Shown here in pieces: positions 8,960 to 18,366 of a stretch of DNA of 64,000 nt. Made by a program: the position numbers and the translations under genes. This stretch comes from Minisyncoccia bacterium (GTDB lineage: Bacteria; Patescibacteriota; Minisyncoccia; Phycocordibacterales; Phycocordibacteraceae). Location of the stretch: assembly GCA_038212075.1 (NCBI GenBank), contig JBBQUV010000002.1, positions 7,343 through 71,342 of the forward strand, written 5' to 3'. The notes beneath the pieces are model-generated. The model made no database searches and had not been told where the DNA came from. It was given only the letters and a program-made list of their open reading frames with translations. Position 1 is the first letter of the stretch. Each line of letters starts with the position of its first letter.

Positions 8960-9517
8960 ATGTCAGGACACAGCAAATGGTCACAGATTAAACGGGCAAA
9001 GGGGGTGACGGACGCGGCAAGAAGCCGAGTATTCTCGCGTTTTGCACGACTTATCACTCTTGAATCAAAAAAAGCTAGCGGAAATATCACGTCCCCCGCC
9101 CTTGCCGCGGTTATCACGCGCGCAAAAGCCGCAAATATGCCGAAGGATAATATTGAACGCGCCGTTGCTAAAGGCATGAGCAAAGATGGGGGCGACTTGG
9201 AACAGGTAGCGTATGAGGCATACGGGCCCGGTGGTGTTGCCATCATTATTGACGCACTCACTGACAGTCGAAATCGCACCACGCAAGAAATAAAACTCAT
9301 TATGACAAAAAATGAAATTGAACTTGCGGCTCCCGGAAGTGCGGCATGGGCGTTTACAAAGTCTGCAGACGGTTCTTACAGCGCAAATGAACCGCTTATG
9401 GATATTTCCGGCGATGACGAAACAAAGCTGGGAATGCTTTTAGAGTTGTTTGACGACCAAGAGGATGTACAGACGGTGTACACGAACGCGCGTGGGTACG
9501 AAACCACCCGCGAATAA
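8960..9517 (+). CDS. yebC: YebC/PmpR-family transcriptional regulator (short form).
   Basis: N-terminus MSGHSKWSQIKRAKG is the family hallmark. Its position between ruvB and ruvC fits. Confidence 0.8.
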   Translation: MSGHSKWSQIKRAKGVTDAARSRVFSRFARLITLESKKASGNITSPALAAVITRAKAANMPKDNIERAVAKGMSKDGGDLEQVAYEAYGPGGVAIIIDALTDSRNRTTQEIKLIMTKNEIELAAPGSAAWAFTKSADGSYSANEPLMDISGDDETKLGMLLELFDDQEDVQTVYTNARGYETTRE

Positions 9518-9518
9518 T

Positions 9519-9995
9519 ATGCGCATTCTTGCGGTAGACCCAGGATTTGATCGTTTGGGTCTCGCTGTACTTGAAGGCAATCCTTCAAAACCAACCGTGG
9601 TATGGAGTGACTGTGTACTCCCCGCCAAAGGACGTCCCGAAGAACGTCTGGCGACGGTACACGAAGCGATAACAAAAGCGATACGAAAGTACAAACCCGA
9701 CGCTATCGCGCTTGAATCGCTTTTTTTTAGTAAAAATGTAAAGACAGCACTTTCAGTTGCTGAAGCTCGCGGCGCCGTACTTGCGGCAAGTGGTGCGGCA
9801 AAATTACACGTGTTTGAATTTTCTCCACAACAAGTGAAGCTGGCCGTTACTGGCTACGGCGCCGCAGATAAAAAAGCAGTGGAGCGCATGATTCCCAAAC
9901 TTGTAGTTCTTTCAAAAAAGAAACGGTTAGACGACGAATTTGACGCCATCGCGCTTGGGATTGCCGCACTTCCCTCCCGCTATCCACAACCATGA
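9519..9995 (+). CDS. ruvC: Crossover junction endodeoxyribonuclease RuvC.
   Basis: MRILAVDPGFDRLGLAV... The track ORF 9450..9995 extends upstream into yebC. The real start is most likely the ATG at 9519, immediately after the yebC stop. Confidence 0.85.
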   Translation: MRILAVDPGFDRLGLAVLEGNPSKPTVVWSDCVLPAKGRPEERLATVHEAITKAIRKYKPDAIALESLFFSKNVKTALSVAEARGAVLAASGAAKLHVFEFSPQQVKLAVTGYGAADKKAVERMIPKLVVLSKKKRLDDEFDAIALGIAALPSRYPQP

Positions 9996-10070
9996 CTATC
10001 CCCACTTGCAAAGAGAGGGTGATTCCGAGAAACTAGAGGCACTCCAACGCGGAGCTAAGTAACTCATTGT

Positions 10071-10172
10071 ATGCAGGACGATGACATGAAAAAAGATGCG
10101 GAGCCTACCGACGACGAACTCGAGGAAGAGGACGATGCGGTAGAAACGGGTGAAGAAGAGGATGCAATATAA
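10071..10172 (+). CDS. Possible small, highly acidic peptide (33 aa: MQDDDMKKDAEPTDDELEEEDDAVETGEEEDAI).
   Basis: Short ORF in the ruvC-PBP intergenic region, followed by a strong hairpin terminator. It falls below the ORF-track length cutoff. There is no homology evidence. Confidence 0.2.
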   Translation: MQDDDMKKDAEPTDDELEEEDDAVETGEEEDAI

Positions 10173-10188
10173 ACGGCGTTTCTCGCTA

Positions 10189-10220
10189 ACACAAAAGCCC
10201 CAAAAGGGGCTTTTGTGTTA
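10189..10220 (+). terminator. Rho-independent terminator (AACACAAAAGCCCC-AAAA-GGGGCTTTTGTGTT).
   Basis: 14-bp perfect stem with a T-rich 3' arm, downstream of ruvC and of the small ORF. Confidence 0.6.
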
Positions 10221-10230
10221 GCATTCTTTC

Positions 10231-12321
10231 ATGCCACGACGGCACCATCCGATACATAACCCTCACCCGATACTCAAGTTGATATTTCTCCTTGCCGGGT
10301 TACTTCTTTTCCTTCTCGGGGGCATCTTTCTTTGGATTGCGCTCACTCCTACACCCGACCTTTCTTCGTTTGAAAACCGAAAGGTTACTCAATCCACAAA
10401 AATATACGACCGCACGGGCACCATTTTGCTTTACGACCTTGATACCGACTCAAAACGAAACACTGTTGCGTTGAACGAAATTTCGCCACAGATTAGAAAC
10501 GCGACAATCGCCATTGAAGACTCCGGATTTTACCAACACGGCGGCGTATCGGTTACTGGCATTTTGCGTTCCCTGTACACCGATGTCATCCGCGGATCAC
10601 TCGCACAAGGCGGTTCCACCCTCACCCAACAGGTAGTGAAAAACACGCTTCTTACAGGGGAGAAAAGTGTTGTACGAAAAGTACACGAGTGGATTCTTGC
10701 CATTCGTTTGGAACAGCTGTACACCAAAGACCAGATTCTTGAATTTTACTTAAACGAAACACCGTACGGTGGCACCTACTATGGTGTTGAGGCGGCGAGT
10801 GAGGCATTCTTCGGAAAAACAGCAAAAGATCTGGACACTGCAGAAGCGGCATACCTTGCCGCCCTTCCGCAAGCACCGACCTACTATTCCCCTTATGGAA
10901 ATAATCGCGCCGCACTTGATACGCGTAAAAACGTAGTGCTTGCTCGCATGAAAGAACTTGGATACATAGACCAAACACAGTACGACCATGCCAAAAGTGA
11001 AGTAATTACTTTCCACTCGCAACAATCCAGCTCTATAACCGCGCCGCATTTTGTGTTTTACATTCAGCAATACCTTGAAAATACCTATGGCCCGCAAGTA
11101 CTCAACAGTGGGCTAAAGGTAATCACTACACTTGATGCAGGGCTTCAGGCATCTGCGGAAAAAATTGTTACCGACTACACAAAAAATAACAAAGCAAAAT
11201 TTAATGCATCGAACGCATCACTTATCGCTATTGATCCAAGGACAGGGCAAATTCTCGTGATGGTGGGTTCTCGCGACTATTTTGATACTTCCATAGATGG
11301 CAACTACAACGACACACTTGCACTGCGCCAGCCAGGCTCTTCCTTTAAACCGTTTGTATACGCAAACGCGCTTAGTAAAGGTCTCACCCCGAACACCGTC
11401 ACGTTTGACCTTCCAACTCAGTTTTCTACTGCCTGTTCTCCAGCAGACACACGCAATGACACGCCACCCTGCTATGCTCCAAGCGATTATGATCGCCGAT
11501 GGCGTGGCCCCATAACGCTTACGAGCGCGCTTGGTCAGTCCATCAACATTCCTGCCGTGAAAATGCTGTATTTTGGAGGAATTCAAGACGTAATAAATCT
11601 TGCCACCGCCGCTGGTATCACTACTCTAAGCACTGCAAGCCACTACGGGCTCTCTTTGGCACTTGGCGCGGCGGAAGTTCGTCTTATAGACCTTACGAGC
11701 GCTTACGGTACATTCGCCAACGAGGGCGTGCATAACCCTGCAACAGGAATCCTTTCCATAACCGATGGCAGTGGAAACGTGCTTGAAGAGTTCACCCCTC
11801 AGCCGGTACAGGTAATAGACCCAGGAGTGACCCACGACATCTCAGCGATGCTTTCTGATAATGATGCCCGCCAGCCTGAATTCCCAGCAAATAGCCCACT
11901 CTACTTCCCCGGTTATGAGGTTGCTGTAAAAACAGGTACCACAAACGATTTCCGTGACGGTTGGACGGTTGGCTACACTCCTTCTATCGTGGTTGGCGCG
12001 TGGGCAGGTAACAACGACAACAGCCCGATGAAGCCCGAGATCGCGGGATTCATTATCGCTCCAATGTGGCACGCCTTTATGCAAAAAATGATTACGAGCC
12101 AGCCGCAAACCTATTTTGGGGAACCCCGCCCCCTTCCGGACAGCCCACGCCAAATACTCCTTGGAAACTATATGGTGGACGGGCAGGCCCACGACCTTCT
12201 CTATTTCTTTGATCGGCTCAATACTTCAGGACCTATGCCTGACCAGCCAGCCAATGACGCACAGTACGCACATTGGGAATATCCGGTACGCGTATGGCAA
12301 AGTAGCGGTGGTGGTGGGTAA
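10231..12321 (+). CDS. Class A penicillin-binding protein (bifunctional glycosyltransferase GT51 plus transpeptidase).
   Basis: N-terminal TM. GT51 motifs IAIEDSGFYQHGGV and RKxxE-like. Transpeptidase motifs SSFKPF (SxxK), SxN and KTG. Confidence 0.9.
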   Translation: MPRRHHPIHNPHPILKLIFLLAGLLLFLLGGIFLWIALTPTPDLSSFENRKVTQSTKIYDRTGTILLYDLDTDSKRNTVALNEISPQIRNATIAIEDSGFYQHGGVSVTGILRSLYTDVIRGSLAQGGSTLTQQVVKNTLLTGEKSVVRKVHEWILAIRLEQLYTKDQILEFYLNETPYGGTYYGVEAASEAFFGKTAKDLDTAEAAYLAALPQAPTYYSPYGNNRAALDTRKNVVLARMKELGYIDQTQYDHAKSEVITFHSQQSSSITAPHFVFYIQQYLENTYGPQVLNSGLKVITTLDAGLQASAEKIVTDYTKNNKAKFNASNASLIAIDPRTGQILVMVGSRDYFDTSIDGNYNDTLALRQPGSSFKPFVYANALSKGLTPNTVTFDLPTQFSTACSPADTRNDTPPCYAPSDYDRRWRGPITLTSALGQSINIPAVKMLYFGGIQDVINLATAAGITTLSTASHYGLSLALGAAEVRLIDLTSAYGTFANEGVHNPATGILSITDGSGNVLEEFTPQPVQVIDPGVTHDISAMLSDNDARQPEFPANSPLYFPGYEVAVKTGTTNDFRDGWTVGYTPSIVVGAWAGNNDNSPMKPEIAGFIIAPMWHAFMQKMITSQPQTYFGEPRPLPDSPRQILLGNYMVDGQAHDLLYFFDRLNTSGPMPDQPANDAQYAHWEYPVRVWQSSGGGG

Positions 12322-12326
12322 CGCCC

Positions 12327-13427
12327 CTACTGATTCATCGGCATCACCAAGTACAAGAATGAAGCCTCTCCTGTTCCGCGAATAACAAGAGGTCGCCCAA
12401 TACCGCCGGAAGAGAGCGTGAGGTTGTCTGCGGTAATAAGGGAAAGAGGCGCCGCAAGGTAGCGGTGGTTAAACGAAAGCTCAATACCTTCACCTGATAC
12501 AGCACCGAGCAACTCTTCATTAGACTCACCAATATCTGCATTTTTTGAAACGAAAGAAACCTTTTTATTTTTTACATCAAGCCCAAGACGCACTTTTTGG
12601 AAGGTGTCTGAAAACACCGATACGCGCCGTAGTGCCGCCTCAAAGTCCTTACGGAGTACTGTGGCCTCGGCATTGAATGTTTTTGGGATAATCTGCGTGT
12701 AGTCTGGATACTGAGCGGCAACAAGGCGTGTAGTGACAACACCGCCTTCCCAAGAAAAGGCACATTGGTGTTCATCAAGAGAGAGTTTTACCTCTCCGTC
12801 GGGAAGCGTCTGAAGAATATCAACTGCATTTTTTGCTGGAATAAGTACCGAAAATGGCTTCGTTGTTTTTTCTACTGGAATCTTTTTTTCAGCGAGACGG
12901 AAAGAATCGGACGCGACAGCTTTCAACATTCCACCCTCACCTGAAAGGTACACACTCGCGAGTTCGGGGCGTACTGTTGACGGAGAGGCACACGTAACAA
13001 CTGAACCAATAAGCTCTCGAAGAAGAGTTCCAGAAAGAGTAAGTGTTTTTTCCGGTGTGTCTGGAATAGGGATAATAGGAAAATCTTCTGCAGAAAGTGT
13101 TTTGATAGTACTTTTCCCTACTCCTGACGTCATGACAATTGTGTCCCCAGCATGCTCGAGAGTTACCGTACCAGAACCAAAAAGAGAACCGGCAACCTCT
13201 CGTAAGATATTCGCAGGAAGAACAGCGATTCCTGTTTTCTTTATAGATCCTTCAATACGAAGATCAATACCGGTTTCAAGATTCGTTGCTCTGAGTTTTA
13301 TTCCGTCGTCGCCTGCAACAATAGCAATTCCTGAAAGTGCGGCGAGTGTCGCAGATCGTCGTTCAGCAAATCGAGCGACCTGCTGAACAGCTTCCGTGAA
13401 TATCTTTTTTTCTATTGTAATAACCAT
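12327..13427 (-). CDS. dnaN: DNA polymerase III beta sliding clamp.
   Basis: 366 aa, N-terminus MVITIEKKIFTEAVQQV. Three-domain beta-clamp length. Directly downstream of dnaA. Confidence 0.85.
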   Translation of the reverse strand: MVITIEKKIFTEAVQQVARFAERRSATLAALSGIAIVAGDDGIKLRATNLETGIDLRIEGSIKKTGIAVLPANILREVAGSLFGSGTVTLEHAGDTIVMTSGVGKSTIKTLSAEDFPIIPIPDTPEKTLTLSGTLLRELIGSVVTCASPSTVRPELASVYLSGEGGMLKAVASDSFRLAEKKIPVEKTTKPFSVLIPAKNAVDILQTLPDGEVKLSLDEHQCAFSWEGGVVTTRLVAAQYPDYTQIIPKTFNAEATVLRKDFEAALRRVSVFSDTFQKVRLGLDVKNKKVSFVSKNADIGESNEELLGAVSGEGIELSFNHRYLAAPLSLITADNLTLSSGGIGRPLVIRGTGEASFLYLVMPMNQ

Positions 13428-13628
13428 ACCTATTATTATTAGGGGTGTTGATAGGTGGAGAACGTGAAATACTTCAGTGTCTGCAAGCTCAAATCACGAG
13501 CGAATTTTTTATAGTGTGAGGAAAAGGCAGGGAAGATTTTTTCCTCTTTTTTATATGTGGGGAAAACAGCAGACTTTTCCCCAGCGGCCACTACAGTTGT
13601 TAGAATGTTTTTCATAGCCTTATCCACA
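13428..13628. promoter_or_regulatory. Candidate oriC region. It holds a perfect DnaA box TTATCCACA (about 13620-13628), one-mismatch box-like elements (ATCAACA near 13440, TGTGGGGAA near 13545) and AT-rich tracts.
   Basis: Read from the sequence. The dnaA-dnaN intergenic position is the canonical origin location in many bacteria. Confidence 0.5.
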
Positions 13629-14975
13629 TCATACCAACAAGCTACGCACGTCTTGAATCTCTTTAGCGAGTACTGCGTCGTCACCTACTTCCCTTTTTAT
13701 TTTCTCGCACGAGTGAATGACGGTGGTGTGGTCGCGCCCACCAAGCTTGGTACCGATGGTTGGATACGAAACACTGAAGTCTTCACGGAGAATATACATA
13801 ATTACCTGGCGCGGCCGCACCACTTCCTTCCGACGCGTCTTTTCGTAGATGCTTTCTTCGTCGATACCGTAGAATTCTGCAACTTTTGAGACCACGTTCT
13901 TAATAGAAACCGTTTTTGTGGGGCGTGAGAACGAACGGAGAGACTGACGAATCTCGGCGAGGTCGGGCGGCGTACCCCGCACTTGTGCGTGGCACACCAC
14001 CGAATTGATAACCCCCTCAAGTTCACGGATAGACCCCGGTACCGAAGTAGCGATGTATTCAATGACCTCTTCACTGATAGCGATGCCGTGTGCGGCAATC
14101 TTTTTTCGCACAATCGCGATGCGTGATTCAGTATCCGGTTCTCCAATATCAATCGTCATCCCGCTTGCAAGGCGTCCACGTAACCGTTCGGCAATGTCAG
14201 GGATGGCGGCGGGTGCTCTATCCGAGGAGAAAATAATTTGTTTGTTGTTGTCGTAGAGCGCATTAAAGAGGTGGAAGAGCTCTTCCTGCATTTTTTCTTT
14301 TTTAGAAAGGAACTGAATGTCGTCCATAATCAACAAATCGAATTGGCGATACTTTTCTTTGAAGCGGTTTGCCGTGCCCGCACCAATAGAATCGGTGTAA
14401 TCAACACCGAATTTTTCCGAAGTAAGGTAAAAAACTTTTCGATTTGGGTAGAGTTTCTTAAATTGGTTACCAATAGCTTGGATAAGGTGGGTCTTTCCTC
14501 TTCCTGTGTCTCCATAGAGAAAGAGCGGGTTGTAGGTGATGCCGGGTCGAGCGATTGCCGCCTCTGCCGCTTTGTACGCGAGTTCATTGAACGCACCGAT
14601 GACAAAGGTATCAAAGGTGTAGCGTGGGTTCAGGTTGTCACTTTTATTTATGTAGAACTCATCAAGCGGTAAACGATTTTCTTCTCGCACTTGGCGGATT
14701 TCTTTTGGTTTACGGCGATCATCTTTCACAATAAGGTATTCAATGTTGCGATACTCGTACGAAACGGAACGAATGATTTTAAGAAGAAGCGAATTAAACT
14801 TCTTTAGATACCAGTCGCGAAAAAATTGGCTTGGAACACCCACATATACGATACCGTCTTCAATTTTTACGATAGAGCTATCGCGAAACCATGTGTTGAA
14901 GTTGGCAGGGCTCACTGAAAGTTCTACCTGGGTTAGGGCGTGTTCCCAAAGCTCTCGAGGATCGGAACGATTCAT
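13629..14975 (-). CDS. dnaA: Chromosomal replication initiator DnaA.
   Basis: 448 aa. AAA+ Walker A GDTGRGKTHL and the C-terminal DNA-binding signature (DHTTVIHSCEKI). Confidence 0.95.
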   Translation of the reverse strand: MNRSDPRELWEHALTQVELSVSPANFNTWFRDSSIVKIEDGIVYVGVPSQFFRDWYLKKFNSLLLKIIRSVSYEYRNIEYLIVKDDRRKPKEIRQVREENRLPLDEFYINKSDNLNPRYTFDTFVIGAFNELAYKAAEAAIARPGITYNPLFLYGDTGRGKTHLIQAIGNQFKKLYPNRKVFYLTSEKFGVDYTDSIGAGTANRFKEKYRQFDLLIMDDIQFLSKKEKMQEELFHLFNALYDNNKQIIFSSDRAPAAIPDIAERLRGRLASGMTIDIGEPDTESRIAIVRKKIAAHGIAISEEVIEYIATSVPGSIRELEGVINSVVCHAQVRGTPPDLAEIRQSLRSFSRPTKTVSIKNVVSKVAEFYGIDEESIYEKTRRKEVVRPRQVIMYILREDFSVSYPTIGTKLGGRDHTTVIHSCEKIKREVGDDAVLAKEIQDVRSLLV

Positions 14976-15063
14976 TGACCGTCATTATACGCGCCGATGC
15001 CAATCGGGGAAGCGTTGCGGCACAGGGGAGAACCTGTTAACATCATGTGTATAACGAGAACCT

Positions 15064-15201
15064 ATGGCAAAACGAACCTACCAACCAAAAAAGAGAAAAC
15101 GAGCAAAAACACACGGATTCCGTGTACGTATGAAAAGTCCGGGAGGCCGCCGTGTTATTACGCGTAGACGCCAAAAGGGTCGTCGCAAGCTCGCCGCCTA
15201 G
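15064..15201 (+). CDS. rpmH: 50S ribosomal protein L34.
   Basis: 45-aa [48 protein letters not shown]. Below the ORF-track cutoff. It sits in the canonical position upstream of rnpA. Confidence 0.85.
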   Translation: MAKRTYQPKKRKRAKTHGFRVRMKSPGGRRVITRRRQKGRRKLAA

Positions 15202-15205
15202 CCTC

Positions 15206-15520
15206 ATGATGCCCCGCGGGCGCCGCCTTCCTCGCGCCGCCTTCCCTGCACTCCTGCGGGCAAAAAGGCTCTCTAGCCCTCATTTTGGGGTTTCTGTCGC
15301 TTCTGCCCCACGGGGTGGGTGTGCGGTGGTCATACCCAAAAAAGCCGTACCCCACTCGGTTGATCGGCATCTTTTGAAACGTCGAGTACTTTCCGTGCTT
15401 AAAAAGTGGTATGCCCCCCATATGGCACTTGTGGTGTATGCAAAGAATGGGAGCTCCACCCTTCCCTTCCGCATTATCCAGAGCGAACTTGAGGCACTTC
15501 TTGGTAAACTCACTGTATGA
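15206..15520 (+). CDS. rnpA: Ribonuclease P protein component.
   Basis: RnpA-like basic protein (RLSSPHFGVSVA..., KKAVPHSVDRHLLKRR). The likely start is MMPRGRR at about 15206, not the track start at 15152. Follows rpmH. Confidence 0.75.
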   Translation: MMPRGRRLPRAAFPALLRAKRLSSPHFGVSVASAPRGGCAVVIPKKAVPHSVDRHLLKRRVLSVLKKWYAPHMALVVYAKNGSSTLPFRIIQSELEALLGKLTV

Positions 15521-16254
15521 TTTCCTTTCTCTTCCACACTTATCTTTCCCTACCAATCTACAACCTTCTCATTTTTCTTGTTGGCATCATTCCAACAGGA
15601 GATGTGGGTGTCGCGGTTATTGTTGTGACGCTCGTGGTGAAGGCGGCAGTACTTCCCCTCTCTCTTTCAGCGGTTCGCACCCAGCGTTCGATGAAAGTTA
15701 TTGAACCTGAGTTGAAAGAAATAAAGGAAAAGTATAAAGACGACAAAGAAAAACAAGCAAAAGAAACGTTCGCCCTCTACAAAAAGTACAGCATCAACCC
15801 ATTTGCGAGCTTCGGTACACTTCTTATACAGCTTCCGATTCTACTCGCTCTCTACTGGGTATTTCGTGGAGAAGCACTTCCTACGATAGATGTAGCGTCG
15901 CTCTACCACTTCGTTGCTATCCCAACCGTCATATCCACGAACTTCCTCGGTATCTTTTCGGTAATACAAAAAAGTATTACTCTCGCTGTACTTGCGGCGA
16001 TAACGCAGTTTTTGCAGGCATATTTTGCTATCCCAACGCCGGCAAAAACCGAAAATGCAACCATGCAAGAAGATTTTGGCCGTGCCATGGCGATGCAAGC
16101 GCGGTTCGTCATCCCGCTTATTATTGGCCTTGTTGCCTATGAAACGTCAGGAGCCATCGCACTCTACTTCATAACGAGTAACGTCGTGATGCTTTTCCAG
16201 GAATTTTTAGTGCGTAGAACACCAGCAAAAATTTCCCCTCTAAAGACAGACTAG
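15517..16254 (+). CDS. yidC: Membrane protein insertase YidC/Oxa1 (short Gram-positive type).
   Basis: 245 aa and multi-TM. Conserved AVRTQRSMKVIEPELKEIKEKYKDD and the NP/FG region. Canonical rpmH-rnpA-yidC order. Confidence 0.85.
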   Translation: MISFLFHTYLSLPIYNLLIFLVGIIPTGDVGVAVIVVTLVVKAAVLPLSLSAVRTQRSMKVIEPELKEIKEKYKDDKEKQAKETFALYKKYSINPFASFGTLLIQLPILLALYWVFRGEALPTIDVASLYHFVAIPTVISTNFLGIFSVIQKSITLAVLAAITQFLQAYFAIPTPAKTENATMQEDFGRAMAMQARFVIPLIIGLVAYETSGAIALYFITSNVVMLFQEFLVRRTPAKISPLKTD

Positions 16255-17513
16255 AAACGATACGCCCAAAGTGAGTCGTCGCGTTTATTTACAAATGTCA
16301 GCGTGCTCTCGTTCGGGTCAACCGACAAAGAAATGGCGTCAATTGGTTCTTTGGTGAGTTCTGGCAGATTTGCTACGAGTGTCGCGGCGCGAGCGATAAG
16401 GTCAATTTTCCAAAGGCGATCGCTAAACGCGATTGTGCCCTGATACCACCCGTCGGGTAGTTTCCCCGAAGGGAGTGCTGTAGGCACGGCGCAGTATGCG
16501 CTTTGGTTGTCCGGAGACCACACACATTTTTCCGTAAGCGTTGCCACAGGAAGCGCTATGGTGGTGTGTGTTGCCGTATCGAACACACTAAGAGAAAGTG
16601 AACTGCCTGAAAGTGAACTTACAAGCACAAGTTTTCCAGAAGGACTTGGCAAGGCAGTAAGCCCCGGAAGAGGCCCCAGGATTTTGGTGAACGCCCCTGT
16701 TTTTCTATCAATCAAAAATGCGTATCCGTTTACAGAAGCCGAAGGTTTTGTATAGGCAAGAAGATTTGTTCCGGCAAATGAAACGTGGAGCGCTGAAAGA
16801 AGCGAGGTGAACACGGTTCCTCCGCCACTGCCGTCAGGTTTAGATATCGTCCCGACGGAACCGGAGGTGCTTGGCATAAAAGTGAACACTGTCTGTGTCC
16901 CCTGAGCAAGCACTTGCGAAAGGTCGCGCGCAAGGAACCTACCGTCCGTACCATCGGCCGGCAGTACATAGGTATCAATGTGCTCTGTTTTGTCCGGGTC
17001 AACCGTAAGGAAACGAATAAAAGCGTCGGATCCATCGGAGAGCCATGCTGTTTCCTGTACACCAGGCGCAGTGTGGTTAGTAAGGCGTACGCTCGTGCCC
17101 TGCATCACGTTATAGGTGTACATATTTCCACTCTGGCGATCTATGTAGCGTACTTCGGTGCGGAATGTCGGACCAGTATCAGTTGAAGTTGCATCAGTTG
17201 TTGAAGCAAGCGCGACCGGTGCCGTAGTGCTTGCGTTAATGATGAGCACTCCGTGAGCTACCGGTGACGACGTTATTTTAACTAAGTGAGGAGCAATAAG
17301 GGTGCCTGCAATGGGTGTGTCAGCAGTGTTCTGCGTTGTATCTGCTCCCTGTCCTCCTGAACTAGTGTCTTGGCTTGGTGTGCCAAACGGGTTAGCACCT
17401 GTGCCAGTCTGAGCAACGAGCCCACCACTTCCGTTAAAAAAGTAAAAGTACCCAACAACGATAAGGCCGAGAGCGACAATGGCGAGTGCGGCGATGGTAA
17501 GGGTGCGACGCAT
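16251..17513 (-). CDS. Secreted or membrane-anchored hypothetical protein, possibly a beta-propeller (TolB/PD40-like repeats).
   Basis: N-terminal TM/signal sequence, a Ser/Thr/Gly-rich linker, and repeats with WSPDN/DGSD-type motifs. It is the last gene of the minus-strand T4SS-like island. Confidence 0.4.
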   Translation of the reverse strand: MRRTLTIAALAIVALGLIVVGYFYFFNGSGGLVAQTGTGANPFGTPSQDTSSGGQGADTTQNTADTPIAGTLIAPHLVKITSSPVAHGVLIINASTTAPVALASTTDATSTDTGPTFRTEVRYIDRQSGNMYTYNVMQGTSVRLTNHTAPGVQETAWLSDGSDAFIRFLTVDPDKTEHIDTYVLPADGTDGRFLARDLSQVLAQGTQTVFTFMPSTSGSVGTISKPDGSGGGTVFTSLLSALHVSFAGTNLLAYTKPSASVNGYAFLIDRKTGAFTKILGPLPGLTALPSPSGKLVLVSSLSGSSLSLSVFDTATHTTIALPVATLTEKCVWSPDNQSAYCAVPTALPSGKLPDGWYQGTIAFSDRLWKIDLIARAATLVANLPELTKEPIDAISLSVDPNESTLTFVNKRDDSLWAYRF

Positions 17514-17520
17514 ATTTTTG

Positions 17521-18366
17521 TTATTGACACTCCGCGGTTAGCACGTACGTTGCCCCTGCACACGCTGGCGGTATGGCCAGCGGGCGTAGCGGCGAACTTG
17601 AGTTTTTATCGATACACCAATTTTGCTGTGAGGTTCCTGCTGGGCACTGAATCGTCGGGCAACTCTTGAGATCATTTGCAGGACACGCTTGGCTAGATTT
17701 TACTTTAGGTGTGCAGGAAATATAATTATACGTTCCATAACTACATTTATAGCCCCCAAGAAAATTTGTTTCGGTAACATTGTTTCCTTGAGCATCAGCA
17801 CATACATGGTTGGCGTCTGCACCGCCGGGGGTCTTTTCGCACTGAGCGATTTGTGGGTCACACGAAGCCGCATCGCATTTAAGCAATGTGTCGCCCTGTT
17901 TTAGGGGCGTTGATGACGCGAGCGCATCCGCATTTTGTTGCGACTGAGTCTGTGCAGGCTGGGTTCCTGTCGGTGTAAGGCCGCCGGCGTCGATATTCAG
18001 ATTCAATATGTTTGGGTTGATAACCGTAAAGACAATATACGGAGAAAGTACCAACAGAAGGCCAAGGAGTGCAGTAGTGATGATATGTTTTGCTTCTTCT
18101 ATTTTTGCAAAACCACTATCGCCCATGGTGTACATAACTCCCCCCCGCACAAGTTGTAGTACCGTTAGCACTACTGCTATCCCAATAGTAATTTTATAGA
18201 GTGCATTGAAGAAATTTGGGAGGCTCCCTGCCTTTGCCGCGTCTGAAAAAACAGGAATGTCAGTGAGCGGCACAAAAGCAGTTGGGGTAGAAGCAAGGGC
18301 AATTGATGGGATACCAATGAGTACCACTAAAAAGCCAATAAAGATGAAGCTAGAGCGATTGTTCAT
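17521..18366 (-). CDS. T4SS pilin-like protein (TrbC/VirB2-like topology) fused to a cysteine-rich C-terminal domain.
   Basis: A signal peptide, then two hydrophobic helices (LYKITIGIAVVLTVLQLV...ALLGLLLVLSPYIVF) as in VirB2/TrbC-like pilins, then a Thr/Gln-rich linker. The C-terminal domain of about 130 aa has roughly 14 Cys (CDAASCDPQIAQCEK...CADAQ...CSYGTYNYISC...CPANDLKSCPTIQCPAG...WC...ACAG...AECQ). Confidence 0.5.
   Translation of the reverse strand: MNNRSSFIFIGFLVVLIGIPSIALASTPTAFVPLTDIPVFSDAAKAGSLPNFFNALYKITIGIAVVLTVLQLVRGGVMYTMGDSGFAKIEEAKHIITTALLGLLLVLSPYIVFTVINPNILNLNIDAGGLTPTGTQPAQTQSQQNADALASSTPLKQGDTLLKCDAASCDPQIAQCEKTPGGADANHVCADAQGNNVTETNFLGGYKCSYGTYNYISCTPKVKSSQACPANDLKSCPTIQCPAGTSQQNWCIDKNSSSPLRPLAIPPACAGATYVLTAECQ

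Noticed and set aside
9450-9518. Upstream extension of ruvC (track start at 9450) overlapping yebC.
   Set aside because: The conserved RuvC N-terminus MRILAVDPG begins at the ATG at 9519, directly after the yebC stop. The extension would overlap yebC by 68 nt with no support.
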